Shown here in pieces: positions 16,594 to 30,295 of a stretch of 64,000 bases of DNA. The first letter of the stretch is position 1, and each line of letters starts with the position of its first letter. The position numbers were made by a program, and so were the translations under genes. The stretch comes from the human T2T-CHM13v2.0 reference genome, Homo sapiens: NCBI RefSeq assembly GCF_009914755.1, contig NC_060934.1; one strand, written 5' to 3'. The notes beneath the pieces were generated by a model that made no database searches, had not been told where the DNA came from, and was given only the letters and a program-made list of their open reading frames with translations.

Positions 16594-17750
16594 GACTGAG
16601 TCTATTATAAACAAAAACAAAAGAGTAGAGTTATGTAGGATGGGTAGGATGGGCTGACGTCTACTCACTAGACTCAGGACACTGCTACTCTTGAAATGCT
16701 TTGGTACCAGGTGAAAACTGCCCATTCATGACTCAGCTGCAAAGCTCAGCATCAAGAGATGGAGGGATGAGAAGGTCCCAGCTTAGAAAGCAATGGCGCG
16801 GGTGCCCACAGAGCTGCATTAAAGCTCCCTCCTTGTGCCAGAGCTCTGGGAAGTGACCAAAGCTCCTTCCCTGGTGTTCTGGACCTTACTCAAGCTATTT
16901 GCTTATTTTTGTGTGTCAGTTGGTGAAGACTCTTATTCATCTCTTTTACCAAAATAAAGAAACCATGTTGACTTTAAATCTCATACAATGTGCAATAAAA
17001 CATATGATTTCATTTACATATATATATATATGAATCTGGGATTCAAGTCATAGGATCATTTTGAAATCTATATTATCTAACTTCTGGTGGGACAAAGGAA
17101 AAATTTATTATTATATTACTTTCTACTGACATTACTCCCTTTTTTTGAAGTGATGCCTATTTATTTATTTATTTATTCAATTAAACATTACTAAAAAGCA
17201 AATGTCATCAAAATCAAATCATTACAGTAGAATTAAATGCAATTATAATCAAGTGTAATTAAGTACAAGCAATTACAGATATCATGTAATATATAATTAA
17301 ATCAGTAATAATAGAATCAAAAAATTATGTGTTCTTTTGAAAACAGCATACAAATTATTACAAAATAAGGCAAATGTAAGTCTTATAATGTTTCTGTAAC
17401 TAGAATTAACTTACAATTAGACATCTTATAATGGAAAGGTCTAAGGAATTCCAGGGATCAAGAAGAATAGTTTATTTTATACTCATGGAAAATTTCACTT
17501 TGGTCACTAATTAGGTATGTGGCCTTGGAAAAGTCCAAGCCTCATTTTATTTATCTTTAAAATGGAAATAATGATACTTTACTTGAAAAGTAGTCACGAT
17601 GAGATATTGAATGTATCAAATATAATAAGTACTTGAGAGTAGGCATTCTTATTAATTCTATTACTGTTGGTTCAGAAAAGAAAATTTTATATCAAAGAAG
17701 ATCAAGCAATTGCAGGAAAAGCAGATATAATTCTCAGTGAAAATACTTAC

Positions 17751-17934
17751 CTAAACTCTTTGCCTCATATTTGATTTTAAATCCTTGCCCTTCATTACTG
17801 TGATCAGAAATAAACTGAACAAACATTTGATTATCCGAGGTGAACAGAGTTGATGAAGCATGACTGCCACAAAAATGACCATTTCCTCCAGGGGGTCCCA
17901 AGGGTGGAGAATAGATATCAGGACCATTTCTTAG
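17751..17934 (-). CDS. CUBN: cubilin exon 43 (184 nt; [23 protein letters not shown]...KYEAKSL)
   Basis: ttccag|CTA acceptor, G|gtaagt donor; ORF 17734..17946. Confidence 0.96.
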
Positions 17935-18093
17935 CTGGAAAGACAAATTAAAATTGCATCAACTCCTTTACATTGCAAAAGAAGGAGTACGCAATTCTTA
18001 TCCATTTATGTCCCAGGAGAGAAAAATTATCATTTTGTTTTCTGAATGAAGTCTATGGAAAATGTAATTAGAAAGGGTAGCAGCAAGACCTAC

Positions 18094-18284
18094 CACCAAG
18101 TAATCCCCCTGGTTGCAAGAAGAATCTCCATTTGGAATCTGGAAAGGCTGTTCAAAATGGACAGCAATGGTCAGGCCACTTTGGACCAGGACGTGCCAAG
18201 AACAGTTGAGGTTGGATGGGTAAGTCTCTGGATACTTGGGGGACGTGATGATCCCTCTGTCTGCATGCAAATATCCACCGCAGC
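18094..18284 (-). CDS. CUBN: cubilin exon 42 (191 nt; [22 protein letters not shown]...QGDYLV)
   Basis: gggaag|GC acceptor, GTG|gtaggt donor; ORF 17998..18294. Confidence 0.95.
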
Positions 18285-18429
18285 CTTCCCACAAAGAAAC
18301 AAAGGTCGGTTATTTAAATAGCATTGGCAACTGGATTTTTATGCTTTCTTAGTTTTCTTGGGGGGTTTTCAAAGTGGAGGCAATAAAAATGCTTGAAAAT
18401 AAAGCCAGAGTGCAGGAAATGATTATCAT

Positions 18430-19300
18430 AACAAGCATGTATTGAGCACATGCTATTGGCTACTCAGTTTGTGGTGGTCATTGAGATCTGGGATACAGAG
18501 GTAAGTAAACAAGACAAATTACCTGCTTTCATAAAGATTTCTTTATAGATGGGGAAGACATACAATAAACAAATACATGATATGTGAGATGGTGATAAAT
18601 TCTATAAAGAAAAATGGATGAGAGGAGGGAGAAGGGTACTTTATTGTTAGAGTTAAGTTAGAAAAGCCACGTCATTGGAGTAACATCTTAGCAGAGACAT
18701 GAATGAAATGAAGGATCAAGCCAGATAGTTATGGGGGAGAAAACATTCCAGTTCAGAAAACAGTGTAAAGGCTTGATGTGTTAGAGGTACATCATGGAAG
18801 TCAGAATGGATGAGGCAGAATGAGAGATTCCAAAGGTAGCATGGCTAGGTCATGCAGGAAACTGAAAAGACTTATTCTGAATAAGAAGAGGAAGATGTTG
18901 AAGGGTTTTGGGCATCAGAATGGCATGATCTCACTTAAGTTTGAAAATGTCACTCTATGTGCAGTCCTTAGACTGTAAGGGGTGGAGGACAGGGAAGGAC
19001 AGGAGCAGAGTGTCCAATAAGGAGGGGACCGCCTGAGGCCAAGGAGAGATGATAGGTGCACGGGCTAGGCTGGTAGCAACAGAAATGGAGAGGCGTGGTT
19101 GGAATCTAGATACATTGTGAGGGTAGAGCCAGTGTGATTTGTTGATGGTTAAGTGTGAGACAAACAGAAAAGTCAAAAATAACATCAAGATTTTGACTTA
19201 AATAATGAGAAAAATGTACTTTCCATTTGCTGAGATTATGAGGAGTGTAGAATTGGGGGGTGGTGGCATGGAAAAGGGTGGGAATAAAGTGTTCAACTTT
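18430..19300 (-). mobile_element. L2 LINE fragment
   Basis: aacaagcatgtattgagcac start and L2-like body, similar to 4843-5720. Confidence 0.6.
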
Positions 19301-19319
19301 CAAAGGTGAAATTTTTTTT

Positions 19320-19359
<40 letters not shown>
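19320..19359. repeat. (TCTA)n tetranucleotide STR, about 10 units
   Basis: Direct reading. Confidence 0.95.
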
Positions 19360-19535
19360 GTCTAATTGGGATACAAGTGGTTTTTCATTACATGGATGAA
19401 TTGCATACTGGTGAAGTCTATATTTTAGTGCACTGGTTCCCTGACTAGTATACATTACACCTAATATGTAGTTTTTTATCCCTCATACCCCACCCATCCT
19501 CCCCACTTCTGAGTCTCCAAAGTCCATTATACCAC
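19360..19535 (-). mobile_element. L1PB-type 3' end
   Basis: Antisense L1PB 3' UTR (acaagtggtttttcattacatggatgaattg...gagtctccaaagtccattataccactc). Confidence 0.7.
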
Positions 19536-19579
19536 TCACAGGTTAAATTTGAAATACATTCTAGACCGGGAGCTGCCAA

Positions 19580-19740
19580 GTATGTATATATACATAGACA
19601 CACACACATATTTATATATATTATATACATATATAAACACACATATTAATTCCAATGGTTCCACCCTTACTATATACATACATGTGTATACATGTATGTA
19701 TGTATAATGAGTTGCGATACATAGTAATATATACATGAGA
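19580..19740. repeat. (TA)/(CATA) low-complexity repeat
   Basis: Direct reading. Confidence 0.8.
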
Positions 19741-20670
19741 GTGAGAGGGCAGGAGATAAAGGAAGAGGATAAAAGGAGGAGGCATTAATTCTCCAGTTGT
19801 CAGGGACTAGAAGCTCATCAGTAAGGGCAGACATCTCACACAGCTAGTTAAATTGTAGAGGTGAAAATGTATCTTAGGTCTAGTTCCAAAGCCCATGCTC
19901 TTAAGCCACTATGCAGCCTGCCTCCCTTGAGCGTGAGGAACACAACTTATCTTCAGTTGCTCCCTACTTTATAAAAGGTATATATAAGCATGGAGGAAAT
20001 ATTAGATTAATTTTTAATGTTAGATTGAGAATCTACTTTAAAATTATGTTTTTTGATCAAAACATGAGAGTCTTTCACTCTTCCTTGGACTACTTTATCA
20101 CCTTTCAGTTAGTTTGGATTTAAGGCTGTTACTGGACTTCACATGTCAAGTTTGAAAAGTCTCAATCATACTGTGCATGATGGTATCCCATATATGGTGC
20201 CCGCTTTTGACTCATCAAATTCATATTTCAAGAGCAACAAACTCTTCCTGCCAACCCTCAGATGGCTGACTTCAACCAAGTAATTTATGAGAATAAATGA
20301 TGACGTTTTGCTCCTTCGATGAGTTATGGATATGAGCTGTGCTCTATCTAGTTCCAGCCCTCAGCTAGGCTGAAAAATTGCTTTAAAGCTCTCTCTCATG
20401 CATTCCCTGGACACACCTCCTTTGGAGCGAAGATGCCACACCAGAGACCTGAAGGCAGCACACTTTTGTACGACTTGGCCCCAGTGCTTTGGATGAGGAC
20501 TCAGCACTGATGTAAGGGGAGCCAGCCATCCAGAGCCTGGGCAGAGACCCATGTCCTCTGACTTGTCTTGTGTCCTGGTGCCCAAAAACATTATATTAGG
20601 AAGAGAGAAAGAGAGAGGAAAAGAGAGGAGATGAGATAACATGGGATTAAAAAATATTTGAACTCATTAC

Positions 20671-20817
20671 TCTTGTGAAAGGATGCATTGAAGCCTGCCC
20701 TGGTTACACTGGAGTCCGAGGTGAAGCGGATGAACATGTACTCTCCAGTAGACCGGATGGGCCCAGGGATCTCTCTGCCACAGAGAACTGCTAGCTGCTG
20801 GGCCAAGTTATTATCTC
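20671..20817 (-). CDS. CUBN: cubilin exon 41 (147 nt; [19 protein letters not shown]...FNASFHK)
   Basis: acgtag|GA acceptor, A|gtaatg donor; ORF 20591..20806. Confidence 0.96.
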
Positions 20818-21045
20818 CTACGTTGAAAGAAAGGGAACAACATGAAAATACATCTTGAGAATCTACTCTACAATCATTTGCAGCTTAGCCAAAGCAGCTC
20901 ACACATTTTTCTCAGAACATCAGGACTCGTAGGAGATAATGGGATCCTCAAAAAGAAGGACCCCTCAGGGGTGATATCATTCTGGCTCCAGCTTGCAATG
21001 GTGCTTCCTGCCCTTTTCTTTACCCCCACCCCACCCCACCCCCCC

Positions 21046-21315
21046 TTTTTTTTTTTTTTTTGAGATGGAGTCTTCCTCTGTTGCGCAGGCTGGAGTGCAG
21101 TGGCACAGTCTCGGTTTAATGCAGCCTCTGCCTCTGGGGTTCAAGTGATTCTCCTGCCTCAGCCTCCTGAGTAGCTGGTTTTATAGGGGTGAACCACCAC
21201 TTCTGACTAATTATTGTATTTTTAGTAGAGGCAGGGGTTTTACCATGTTGGCCAGGCTGGTCTTGAACTCCTCATCTCAAGTGATCCGCCCTCCTCAGCC
21301 TCCCAAAGTGCTGGG
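21046..21315 (-). mobile_element. 5'-truncated Alu (AluS-type)
   Basis: Ends at cccaaagtgctggg; flanked by ttctttaccc on both sides. Confidence 0.9.
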
Positions 21316-22749
21316 TTCTTTACCCTTTTTGATAAAGACGTCTTTGACAGTTTCCACCGTCTTTCTAAAAACTGGCTGCCAGTTCTCCCTGTCACTAAAA
21401 CTCAAAATCAGAGTACCTGGGATTGGGAAGCGATGGAGACCCAGTGATGATATGTCTGTCGATTAGAGACTCTGACCTCAGTTACTCTGATTGCTGAAGG
21501 TCAAGTAGGTAAAAGAAAAAAAAAAACAGTTGGCTCTTTGACCTCAGATCCTACACTAATGTTACAATATCATTCACCAAAAGGTATGCAATTGTATGTG
21601 CCCTTTCTTCAGTGCCAGTGGGGTTTTTAAACAAAACTTTTCATCTGTGTTTGTTCATTGCTTTTGTTTGTTTTGGTATAAAAACAACCACACATTTGTG
21701 TGGAGGGTGAGAGAAGAGTTCCAGCAACTGTGCCCCACCCCCACAGAGACACAAAGGACAGCAGGGGCACCACACGTCTCCTTTCATCTTGATTATCTTG
21801 GATATAAGCTTTGATCAAAGCCCCTGTGCCGGCTGAAACCAAAATGGAGCAAAGGGGATTATAGCAGACTTGGATGCCGTGGCTGGGAAAATATGTTGTT
21901 TTTTTCTCTTTTGTCCTAAGGCAGAGAATTAATAAATTTCGAGTTTATAAAAAACAAAAATAGAATATGAGACATGAGTAAATATGCCCTTTTATACAAC
22001 CAGCCACATGGATTCTTTGTGGCACTGACTACAACTTGAAACTCATTCATTATTAACCACTTTAGAAAATAAGTTATTTTCTATTCTTGTGATTACAAAT
22101 GTAATGGCAGAGTTATAAATACAAAATGCTCAAAATGGCATTCTTTGGAGGGTTTCTGATCGCTGGAAACTTTTGCATTCTTTATAATTCAAAAGTGTAT
22201 CTCTTATAGTTCTTTTGCATTTATAGTAAGTGCACTTCATTATGCTATTTTGCTACACATTTCACCCAATATTATTTTTTGTTGACTTATTCTCTGATTA
22301 CCTGTACTACAAAATTTTGAAGTTTATTATATGTTATTAGTTCACGTGTATATTTTATCACTGGATGAAAGTGAGTTGAGTCTATTGATTTTGATTTCTT
22401 TTCTAAAATTCACTCCAGATCATCTGGTGAAACAATGCTTATCTCAAAATAAGTGCTTGTTGATTAGCCTACTCATTAGTGGGAAGATGACCCAAAAATC
22501 ACAGATGGTTTGTTACTTGCCCATCCACCCCTTCAGTCTTCATACTGAGTACTGGGGTATTTCTGGAGCCTTCCAAAACCTCAACATATAGATTGCAGAA
22601 AGATTGAGCCTAATCTTGAGCCTAATCTTTAAAGAGGAGGGGAAGTCAAAGAACAGTAAAGGCTAGCACTAGAAGGCAACTTGGCAATTCTTTCTCTAGT
22701 CCAACCTCTTCAATTTACAGATATAGACACTGAGGCCCCAAGATTATTC

Positions 22750-23000
22750 AAGACTGACATTTATTGAGCAATTACTATATACCCCTTTAAGTGCTTCACA
22801 TGTACTATCTGATTTTATCTTCACAGTGACACTATTAGGTGGGCATTTATTTTTATCCCCATTTTGTATATGAGGAACTGAATCTTACAGGAGTTACAAG
22901 CCACTTTGCTGTATGCAAGGGCATAGAGATAGAAGTTAACAGTGATGTTAACCTTTGCAGATTAACCTCAGATGCCCCAAAACCATGCTATTAAATGATT
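22750..23000 (-). mobile_element. MIR
   Basis: MIR core (atccccattttgtatatgaggaactgaa). Confidence 0.6.
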
Positions 23001-23485
23001 TATCTAAGGTCATGAAGAAAGTACACTTAAGATCTGGAACTAGATTAAAGGATTACTGATTTTTTTATACAATTTCTTTTCTATTTAAAAGTTTTGCTAG
23101 GACCAATGTAGTTTCATGGACTCTCAGTTTGGAGGGATCTTTGGTATACAGAATGGGTAGATGCGTGGTCTGGAAGAAACTGATTCATTTTGAACCATGG
23201 CAACTCTATAAAATGAATAAGCAGGTGGGACAGTGACTCAGTTCTCCCAAGAATGCTGCATGACCCTCTCTGGGGTAGCCCAGGAAGGTTCACAGCCTCC
23301 ATACGGCCAAAGGCCTGTGACGACAGGCCAATTGCATGAGCAGGAATAGCCTATAAGTATCTTTGTCTGTGGCCAGTTGGCTTTAGATATTTGCTTCAGA
23401 ATGTTACATGCTTCTGCTACTCAGAAGCAAAAGGCTGGCTGGGCAAAGAACAAATAATTGAAGTGGGATTTAAAATTTAGTCATA

Positions 23486-23790
<305 letters not shown>

Positions 23791-25099
23791 AAATTTAGTC
23801 ATAAAAATATATTAACAATGTGTAAATGACTACAATACTCACCAACTGACACAGACTAGGCACTCAATAACTATTTCTTGAATAAATAATTAAACAAATG
23901 AGGAAGGAAGGAACCTTATTGAGCATCTACTCACATTGCCAGTGCATAAAAAGGAATCCATACGGAAAGGCCGCATAACCACTTTAAAACATTTGTGTTG
24001 TTTTGGCACGCACCTGAGTTTCTTTAGCTCTTTCAAGCCGCCCTGTGCCTGAGCAAGGGCACTGATTAAACCTCTCTTAGAAATTTCCATCTAAGTAAAC
24101 TGAAATCTAAACTATTCCAAATTCATCATCTACAAAATGCTTGTACTTTTGCTAAAAAGATTTCATTTATTACTTTCCTTAATCCTCAGAAAAAGCCTGT
24201 GAGGGAGGTATTTGTCTATCTCACAGGTAGAACGGGTTTGGAGCCACTTTGTGACCTGTGCAAAGCCACACAGGAAAAAAGGACTGCTCCCCAGACTCTC
24301 TGCTTCCAAGAGAAGTTAGTGATGGAACAAAAACAACTCAATGGAATGTGATTTTAAAAGAATAACCATAATTTACTTCATAGATGCAGTTACCTACTTA
24401 AGATTTTTTTCAAAGATATTTTTTAAAACTTCTAGTAGGTTCTGAACACTAGAATATGTGTGCAAGGATGCACATCCTTTCCATTACATGAAAAGTTTTA
24501 AATTTCAGTATGCACAGGAAGGCTTAGATGTGAAGAGGGCATTCTGGTGCTTTGATACTCCTCTGTGCAACGTGCTGATAGCCGATTGCTGATGGGAAAA
24601 AGGGGGAGTGTCATGCTTTGACATCTCATCATGTGTGTATGATTGATTTGAGTCTCTACTTAGTGTTCTGCCTCTACAGAAGGGACATAAAGCACCTTCA
24701 CCATTCGATTTTTCTCACTCGGCAGGGGTCTAGGGATCAGGGATAAGGGAGACAAGATCTTGCACACTAGCAACCTGTGGGCCAAAGACAAACACGTTTC
24801 TTTTTGCTGAGAACATGTACATCTAACAAATGATGCTGTGGATCTGGGGGCCACACTGAGAAATACTGACGTGGAGGATGTGGCCTTTCTGCTGTCCTCC
24901 TTCATTCCAGTCCATGCAGACTGTGAAGCCCAATTTTGTATAAGGCATACATCAGCAATATTTATGTCTCTAACTTTATGTCACATAGCAACACCATGCC
25001 TGTGTACAAAGGAAAGAATACAACAATATCACCCCTTAACTCTACCTATTCTACCCACATTCAGGGGACAAAGAGAAATGAATACATTACTATTTTATA

Positions 25100-25232
25100 T
25101 TCTTCTTATTATTATTTTAGAGACAGGGTCTCATTCTGCTGCCCAGGCTGGTCTGGAACTCTTGGACTCAAGTGATCCTTCTCCTCGACCTCCCAAAGTG
25201 CTGGGATTATGGTGTGAACCACTATGTCCAGT
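25100..25232 (-). mobile_element. FLAM/Alu monomer
   Basis: Single antisense Alu monomer. Confidence 0.8.
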
Positions 25233-25596
25233 CACATTACAATTATAAGTATTTTTTTCAGCCAGAAACATAAAATATCAATATTTATCTCAGAGGTATC
25301 TCAATAGGACAGGTGAACAATGTTGACATTCAGACTATTCTTTCCTTCTTAAGCCTCTAAAAAAGCCTTTTTTCCTTATAGAAATGTGCTATTCCTGATA
25401 TTCTGTGACCGGTAATTTAATACTTTCTATGTCCTTCAGAAGTTGTAGCCATTTCTGGTACTGATGCCTTCCTTGACCATAATATCTGTGTAATTCCAAA
25501 CCAAACGGATGGAGGCAGTATGCAAGTCTGATGATAATGGACTAGAACTAATTATGTGTCAGGGTTGAAACTCAGCATTCTTTATAATGTTCTCAC

Positions 25597-25794
25597 CATC
25601 TCGTATCACAAGGCTATCATAGGCACACGTTCGGTGAGATTCAATGTCCAGGGAAAGAATGTTGAGTTCCACGGTAGAGTCGGGAGCCTGGATGAGCCAC
25701 GTACAGTCCACTCTATTACTGTAACTGTCAGGCCAGCCCGGGGAGAAGAGAAACACGGGTGCATCTCCCGTCCTCAGGAAGCCACCACAAGCAC
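25597..25794 (-). CDS. CUBN: cubilin exon 40 (198 nt; [25 protein letters not shown]...DSLVIRD)
   Basis: ctacag|GT acceptor, G|gtgaga donor; ORF 25559..25756. Confidence 0.96.
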
Positions 25795-26129
25795 CTGTAG
25801 AATAGAAAGCAACATCTTTGACACAGCCCTAATGGAAAAGACGCTAGCTAGCACTTTTTCACTTGAAAGTGACAGCCCTCTACTGAAAAGAAGCAACCAA
25901 TTGAAACAATTTCTCAGAGAAATCAATGAATATCGTATGTAACCCACTGATTCGGAAAGCTGCAATTTCCGCAATTGATCTTTGATGTAAAAAAAATGCA
26001 TTGTGTTCTCCATTTTCACCATAATTTTGCTATATAACCCATTTAATATCAAGTGCTGACTATTTAGGCATCAATAAAGACACGTAGAGGATCCCCTGTA
26101 TTACTGAGGTAGAACTGTATTCATTCCTG

Positions 26130-26855
26130 TGTTTCTCATGTTTCTTTATCATTTTTGCGTAGTTACTTTTGTAATTTATATCTAGGCAATTTTGAGTTGA
26201 CAGATTAGGTCCTTCTCGGGGTCTATTTTTGGGCATGTGCACAGCTGGGCTATGTGTGTGGCCTTCTAGATTTCCAGAAACATGTCGGAGCTTTTCAAAG
26301 CCCCAGTGGGCATCTCCTTCCCCATTTTTTCCTTTCAAGTTTACTGGTCAGTTTCTCATTAGCTGTAACTGGTGTCACTGCCTTGCACGGTTGTGATGTG
26401 AAACAGCTGTTGCTGATTGTTTTCGGCAAAGACCCCAGGGACAGGGCTGTTTACAAAAGAGTGAGCTCTTGCCCAGGTCCTGTGAAGACAAGACCTGAGA
26501 ATGCAGTTTTCCAGGAAGTTGCTGAACTGGAATAATGGCAATGCTGAGGAGATGCGCTGTTTTCTGGACCTCTGCGGCCCCACCACCCACAGCTGTTAAA
26601 GCTGCTCATTTTCACAGCTACTGTGGTCATGAGGCTACTACAAAGCTAGGAGGAGAGAGAGAGATGGGAATAGGAAGAGAATGCCACAAAAATGACTCTT
26701 ACTTAGATTCAGTGATTTTTCTTGAATAAATATGCCGCAGATTGCTATAAGGCTTTGGTCTATTTCCAGAGTTCTCAAAAAGTTGATTTTAACAATTATT
26801 TTTGCCATCACTTTTATGTAGCAATATATTTCAGAGATCCAATCTTCACCATTTC
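26130..26855 (-). mobile_element. Old L1M 5'-end remnant (tentative)
   Basis: tttttcttgaataaat...atttccagagttctcaaaaagttgatttt resembles ancient L1M 5' UTR as I recall it. Confidence 0.4.
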
Positions 26856-27103
26856 AGAAGTTTACAACTTGTACACCATAATATGTTTGAATCTTATCAG
26901 GGCCAACAGGAAGTGAATATAAAATGTTGTAGAACTAGGTCCTGATTTCTTTACCCTATTACTATGTAGGCTACAGATTTTTTTAAAGCAATTTCACATG
27001 GAAAATCTGAATGCTGAATGTTATCCAGTATCTTCAAATTTTAAGGTTTTCCTCTATGTGAAATATTTCTTATCTTGAATTTGTAAAATATGGTTATAAT
27101 GAC

Positions 27104-27481
27104 TGTGGGTCATTAGTGCTGTTTGCCAAATATTTCCTTTGTCTCCACTTCCAAACACATGGTAGAACTGCATTCTGCAAGTGGCTGAGAGAGGCCATTT
27201 GACCAGTTTTGGCCAATGAACTATGAGCAAAAGGCATGTGTTACTTTACAGTGAGCACTTTTAAACCGAGACATCCAAGGGCTCTTTTGCCTACTGCCAT
27301 GGTCTCAGGCAATATCGCAGACAATGGCAGCTCCAACAGCCTGAGTTAGGAAGTGATGGATGATGAGAGGCACCCAGTTAACACGAGAGGAACATGTAGA
27401 AGGAGACCTGTTGTTTTCAGCACCTAAGAGTTTGAAATTGTTTGTTACCGCCATATGGCTGAGCTTTTCCTGACTGACACA
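27104..27481 (+). mobile_element. MaLR solo LTR (MLT1I/J-like)
   Basis: tg...ca ends; ttttggccaatgaa and tttgttac..cctgactgacaca MLT1 motifs. Confidence 0.65.
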
Positions 27482-27659
27482 CTGACTGCTTTTCCTACTT
27501 GACACATTGAATTTCCTTCAGTTGACCCTAGTCCACAGTAAGCTCATTTTTCTTCCCTTGCTTATTTGCTACTGTTACCATTTGCTTTGTCATGTACCCA
27601 TTTAATTACGATACCATTACTTAACTCACATATGAGTGTTTTTTCTTTCCCAATCTCTT

Positions 27660-27962
27660 TTATTTATTATTTATTTTTACTATTTATGTATTTATTTTTA
27701 GGACAGGGTCTCACTGGAGTGCAGTGTCATGATCACTGCTCACTGGCAGCATGTAGGCTCAAGTGATTCCCCTGCCTCTGCCTCCTGAGTAGCTGGGACT
27801 ACAGGCATGCACCACCATGCCTACCTAATTTTTTTAATCTTTTGTAGAGATGGGGTCTCCCTCTGTTGCCCAGGCTGGTCTCAAACTCCTGGGCTTCAAG
27901 CAACCCTCCTGCCTCAGCCTCCCAAAGTGCTGGGATTATAGGCATGAGCCACTGTGCCTGGT
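27660..27962 (-). mobile_element. Alu (AluJ-type)
   Basis: Antisense diverged Alu. Confidence 0.9.
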
Positions 27963-28107
27963 TCCCATTACTTTTAAGCTCCTGGAGAGTAGAGATTGTA
28001 CCTCATTTTCCTTTCTTAGTCTTCTCAGTGTATCCATAATAAATTCTCAATAAATATGCGTTGATTTAAAATAAATATATGTGTGTATAAGAAATGCTGA
28101 TAGGACA

Positions 28108-28487
<380 letters not shown>

Positions 28488-29225
28488 TTAATGACACTTT
28501 CACAGTGTGGTATCATTACAGGATAATCACTTATGCCATCTAGATAATTAGTAAACTCTAAAATTCTCTTGACCCCTTACTTTCCTTTTTTCTTTTTCTT
28601 CTTGACTAAGAAAAATAAGGTTTATGGCTCTCTTCTTCACCTGTCCACTTACATCATATAATTATGAAATTTCGTAATAAAATATTAGAAGAAAATTTGT
28701 TGGTATAATATTTTACACAAGTAAATAATTCCTTTTCTACCTTGAGGGTTGTAAATATAAAAGAAAGCTTAACTCAAGTTTATTTCTAAGAGCTCTGGAT
28801 ATATCCATCCAGATTTAAATGTTGCCTCTAAATTGCATTTGTCAGTCTTGCTGATGGTTCTTTGCTCTTAGATAGACAGATCAATATTTTAAGTAAGAGA
28901 TTTGTATTCAGTGTCATGAAAGCACCTTATTAGAGAGGTAAGAACAACATTTCAGAATGGAATACTAAGGGACATTAAATAAATATAAGTACAAATTATC
29001 TTCATTAGTGACTTCTGCTGATATAAGAAGTTAGAAGCAAATAGGCTAATCTTTTAAGTCATAGAACAAGTTCAGAGTTCGAATATTCTTCAATGAGATA
29101 CCGTGATTCTGTGTTCCAATCAAGCATTCAAGGACTTAGAATATCCTCCAAGAAATATCTGATTAATTTCTTCTATGTCAATCCTGAAATCCATAAGAAA
29201 CGCTCAAATTCATTTAAATAAATTG

Positions 29226-29526
29226 CTTTTCTTTTCTTTTCGAAACGGAGTCTCACTCTGTCGCCCAGGCTGGAGCGCAGTGGCATGTTCTCGGCTCACT
29301 ACAAACTCTACTCTGCCTCCTGGTTCAGGCAATTCTCATGTCTCAGCCTCCCGAGTAGCTGAGGCTACAGACGCGCTCCACCACGCCCAGCTAATTTTTG
29401 TATTTTTAGTAGAGATGGGGTTTTGCCATGTTGGCCAGGCTAGTCTCGAACTCCCGACCACAAGTGATCCGTCTACCTCTGCCTCCAAAAGTGCTGGGAT
29501 TACAGGCATCAGCCACCGCACCCGGT
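29226..29526 (-). mobile_element. Alu (AluS-type)
   Basis: Antisense Alu; TSD tcatttaaa. Confidence 0.9.
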
Positions 29527-30102
29527 CTCATTTAAAAATTTTTCAAGAAAAAAGTCTCCCCAAACAATGCTAGCTCAATATCACTTTCACTGAGGGGATT
29601 AGGAATGTAAAAAAGTAAAATAAAAGTTTAAAATTCGGCCCATTTTACTTTGAAACATGGAAATTTACAACCAGCTAAGGAGAAACTGAAGCATTTCTGA
29701 AGCTACATTTGAAATAAAATGCAGAGGAAAAATAGTTACTTTTATGAGTTGATCCTTAACTAACTGATTGTGTGTGTGTGTGAATGTACATGTGTAGTAT
29801 CTGCAAATCAAATTTTCAGGGATTTCTAAAGTGGTCTCTAGAAATTGTAAGTAGACGATCTTATGGATATCAAGCCCCTAATTAATATAAACAATATAAT
29901 GGGACCTGCATTTTTTAGAAAGAAACGTACAATTTCTACAAAAGGTAGTGTTTATGAATTTAAAACAACATCTGAACATATGGTGGAAGGGCTTTGGGGC
30001 TGTACTTATTTTTATATCTGACCCCTGTTATGATAGGATCCTTTGAAACATTGGCCTGCACATATCAGTCCTAAAAAGAACTTCATTTATTACCAAACAC
30101 AC

Positions 30103-30295
30103 CTGGAGCAATGGTAGGTAAAACACCATCAGGTGCATCCACTGCAAACCACTCCAGAAGGAATCCCTTCCCCGAGATTGAAGAGTCGGAGTAAAAATGA
30201 AATGTCAAAGAATTTCCAGTGGAGCTGAAAGATTCAGTCTGGGTACCACAGTAAGCTCCAATTAGGCGGGCGTGAATGCTAGGCCCATCATAGAT
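30103..30295 (-). CDS. CUBN: cubilin exon 39 (193 nt; [30 protein letters not shown]...[10 protein letters not shown])
   Basis: gtacag|ATC acceptor, G|gtgtgt donor; translated by hand. Confidence 0.95.

Noticed and set aside
17935-18093. 159-nt phase-0 intron 42 (multiple of 3) as an in-frame retained intron
   Set aside because: Contains an in-frame TAA at 17998-18000, so retention truncates the protein.
25556-25942. Antisense ORFs over exons (also 46994-47401, 18046-18321, 47-310)
   Set aside because: Opposite-strand shadows of CUBN exons with no independent evidence.
29175-29573. 132-aa ORF and many similar 60-130 aa ORFs ([17 protein letters not shown])
   Set aside because: Alu-derived reading frames, not genes.
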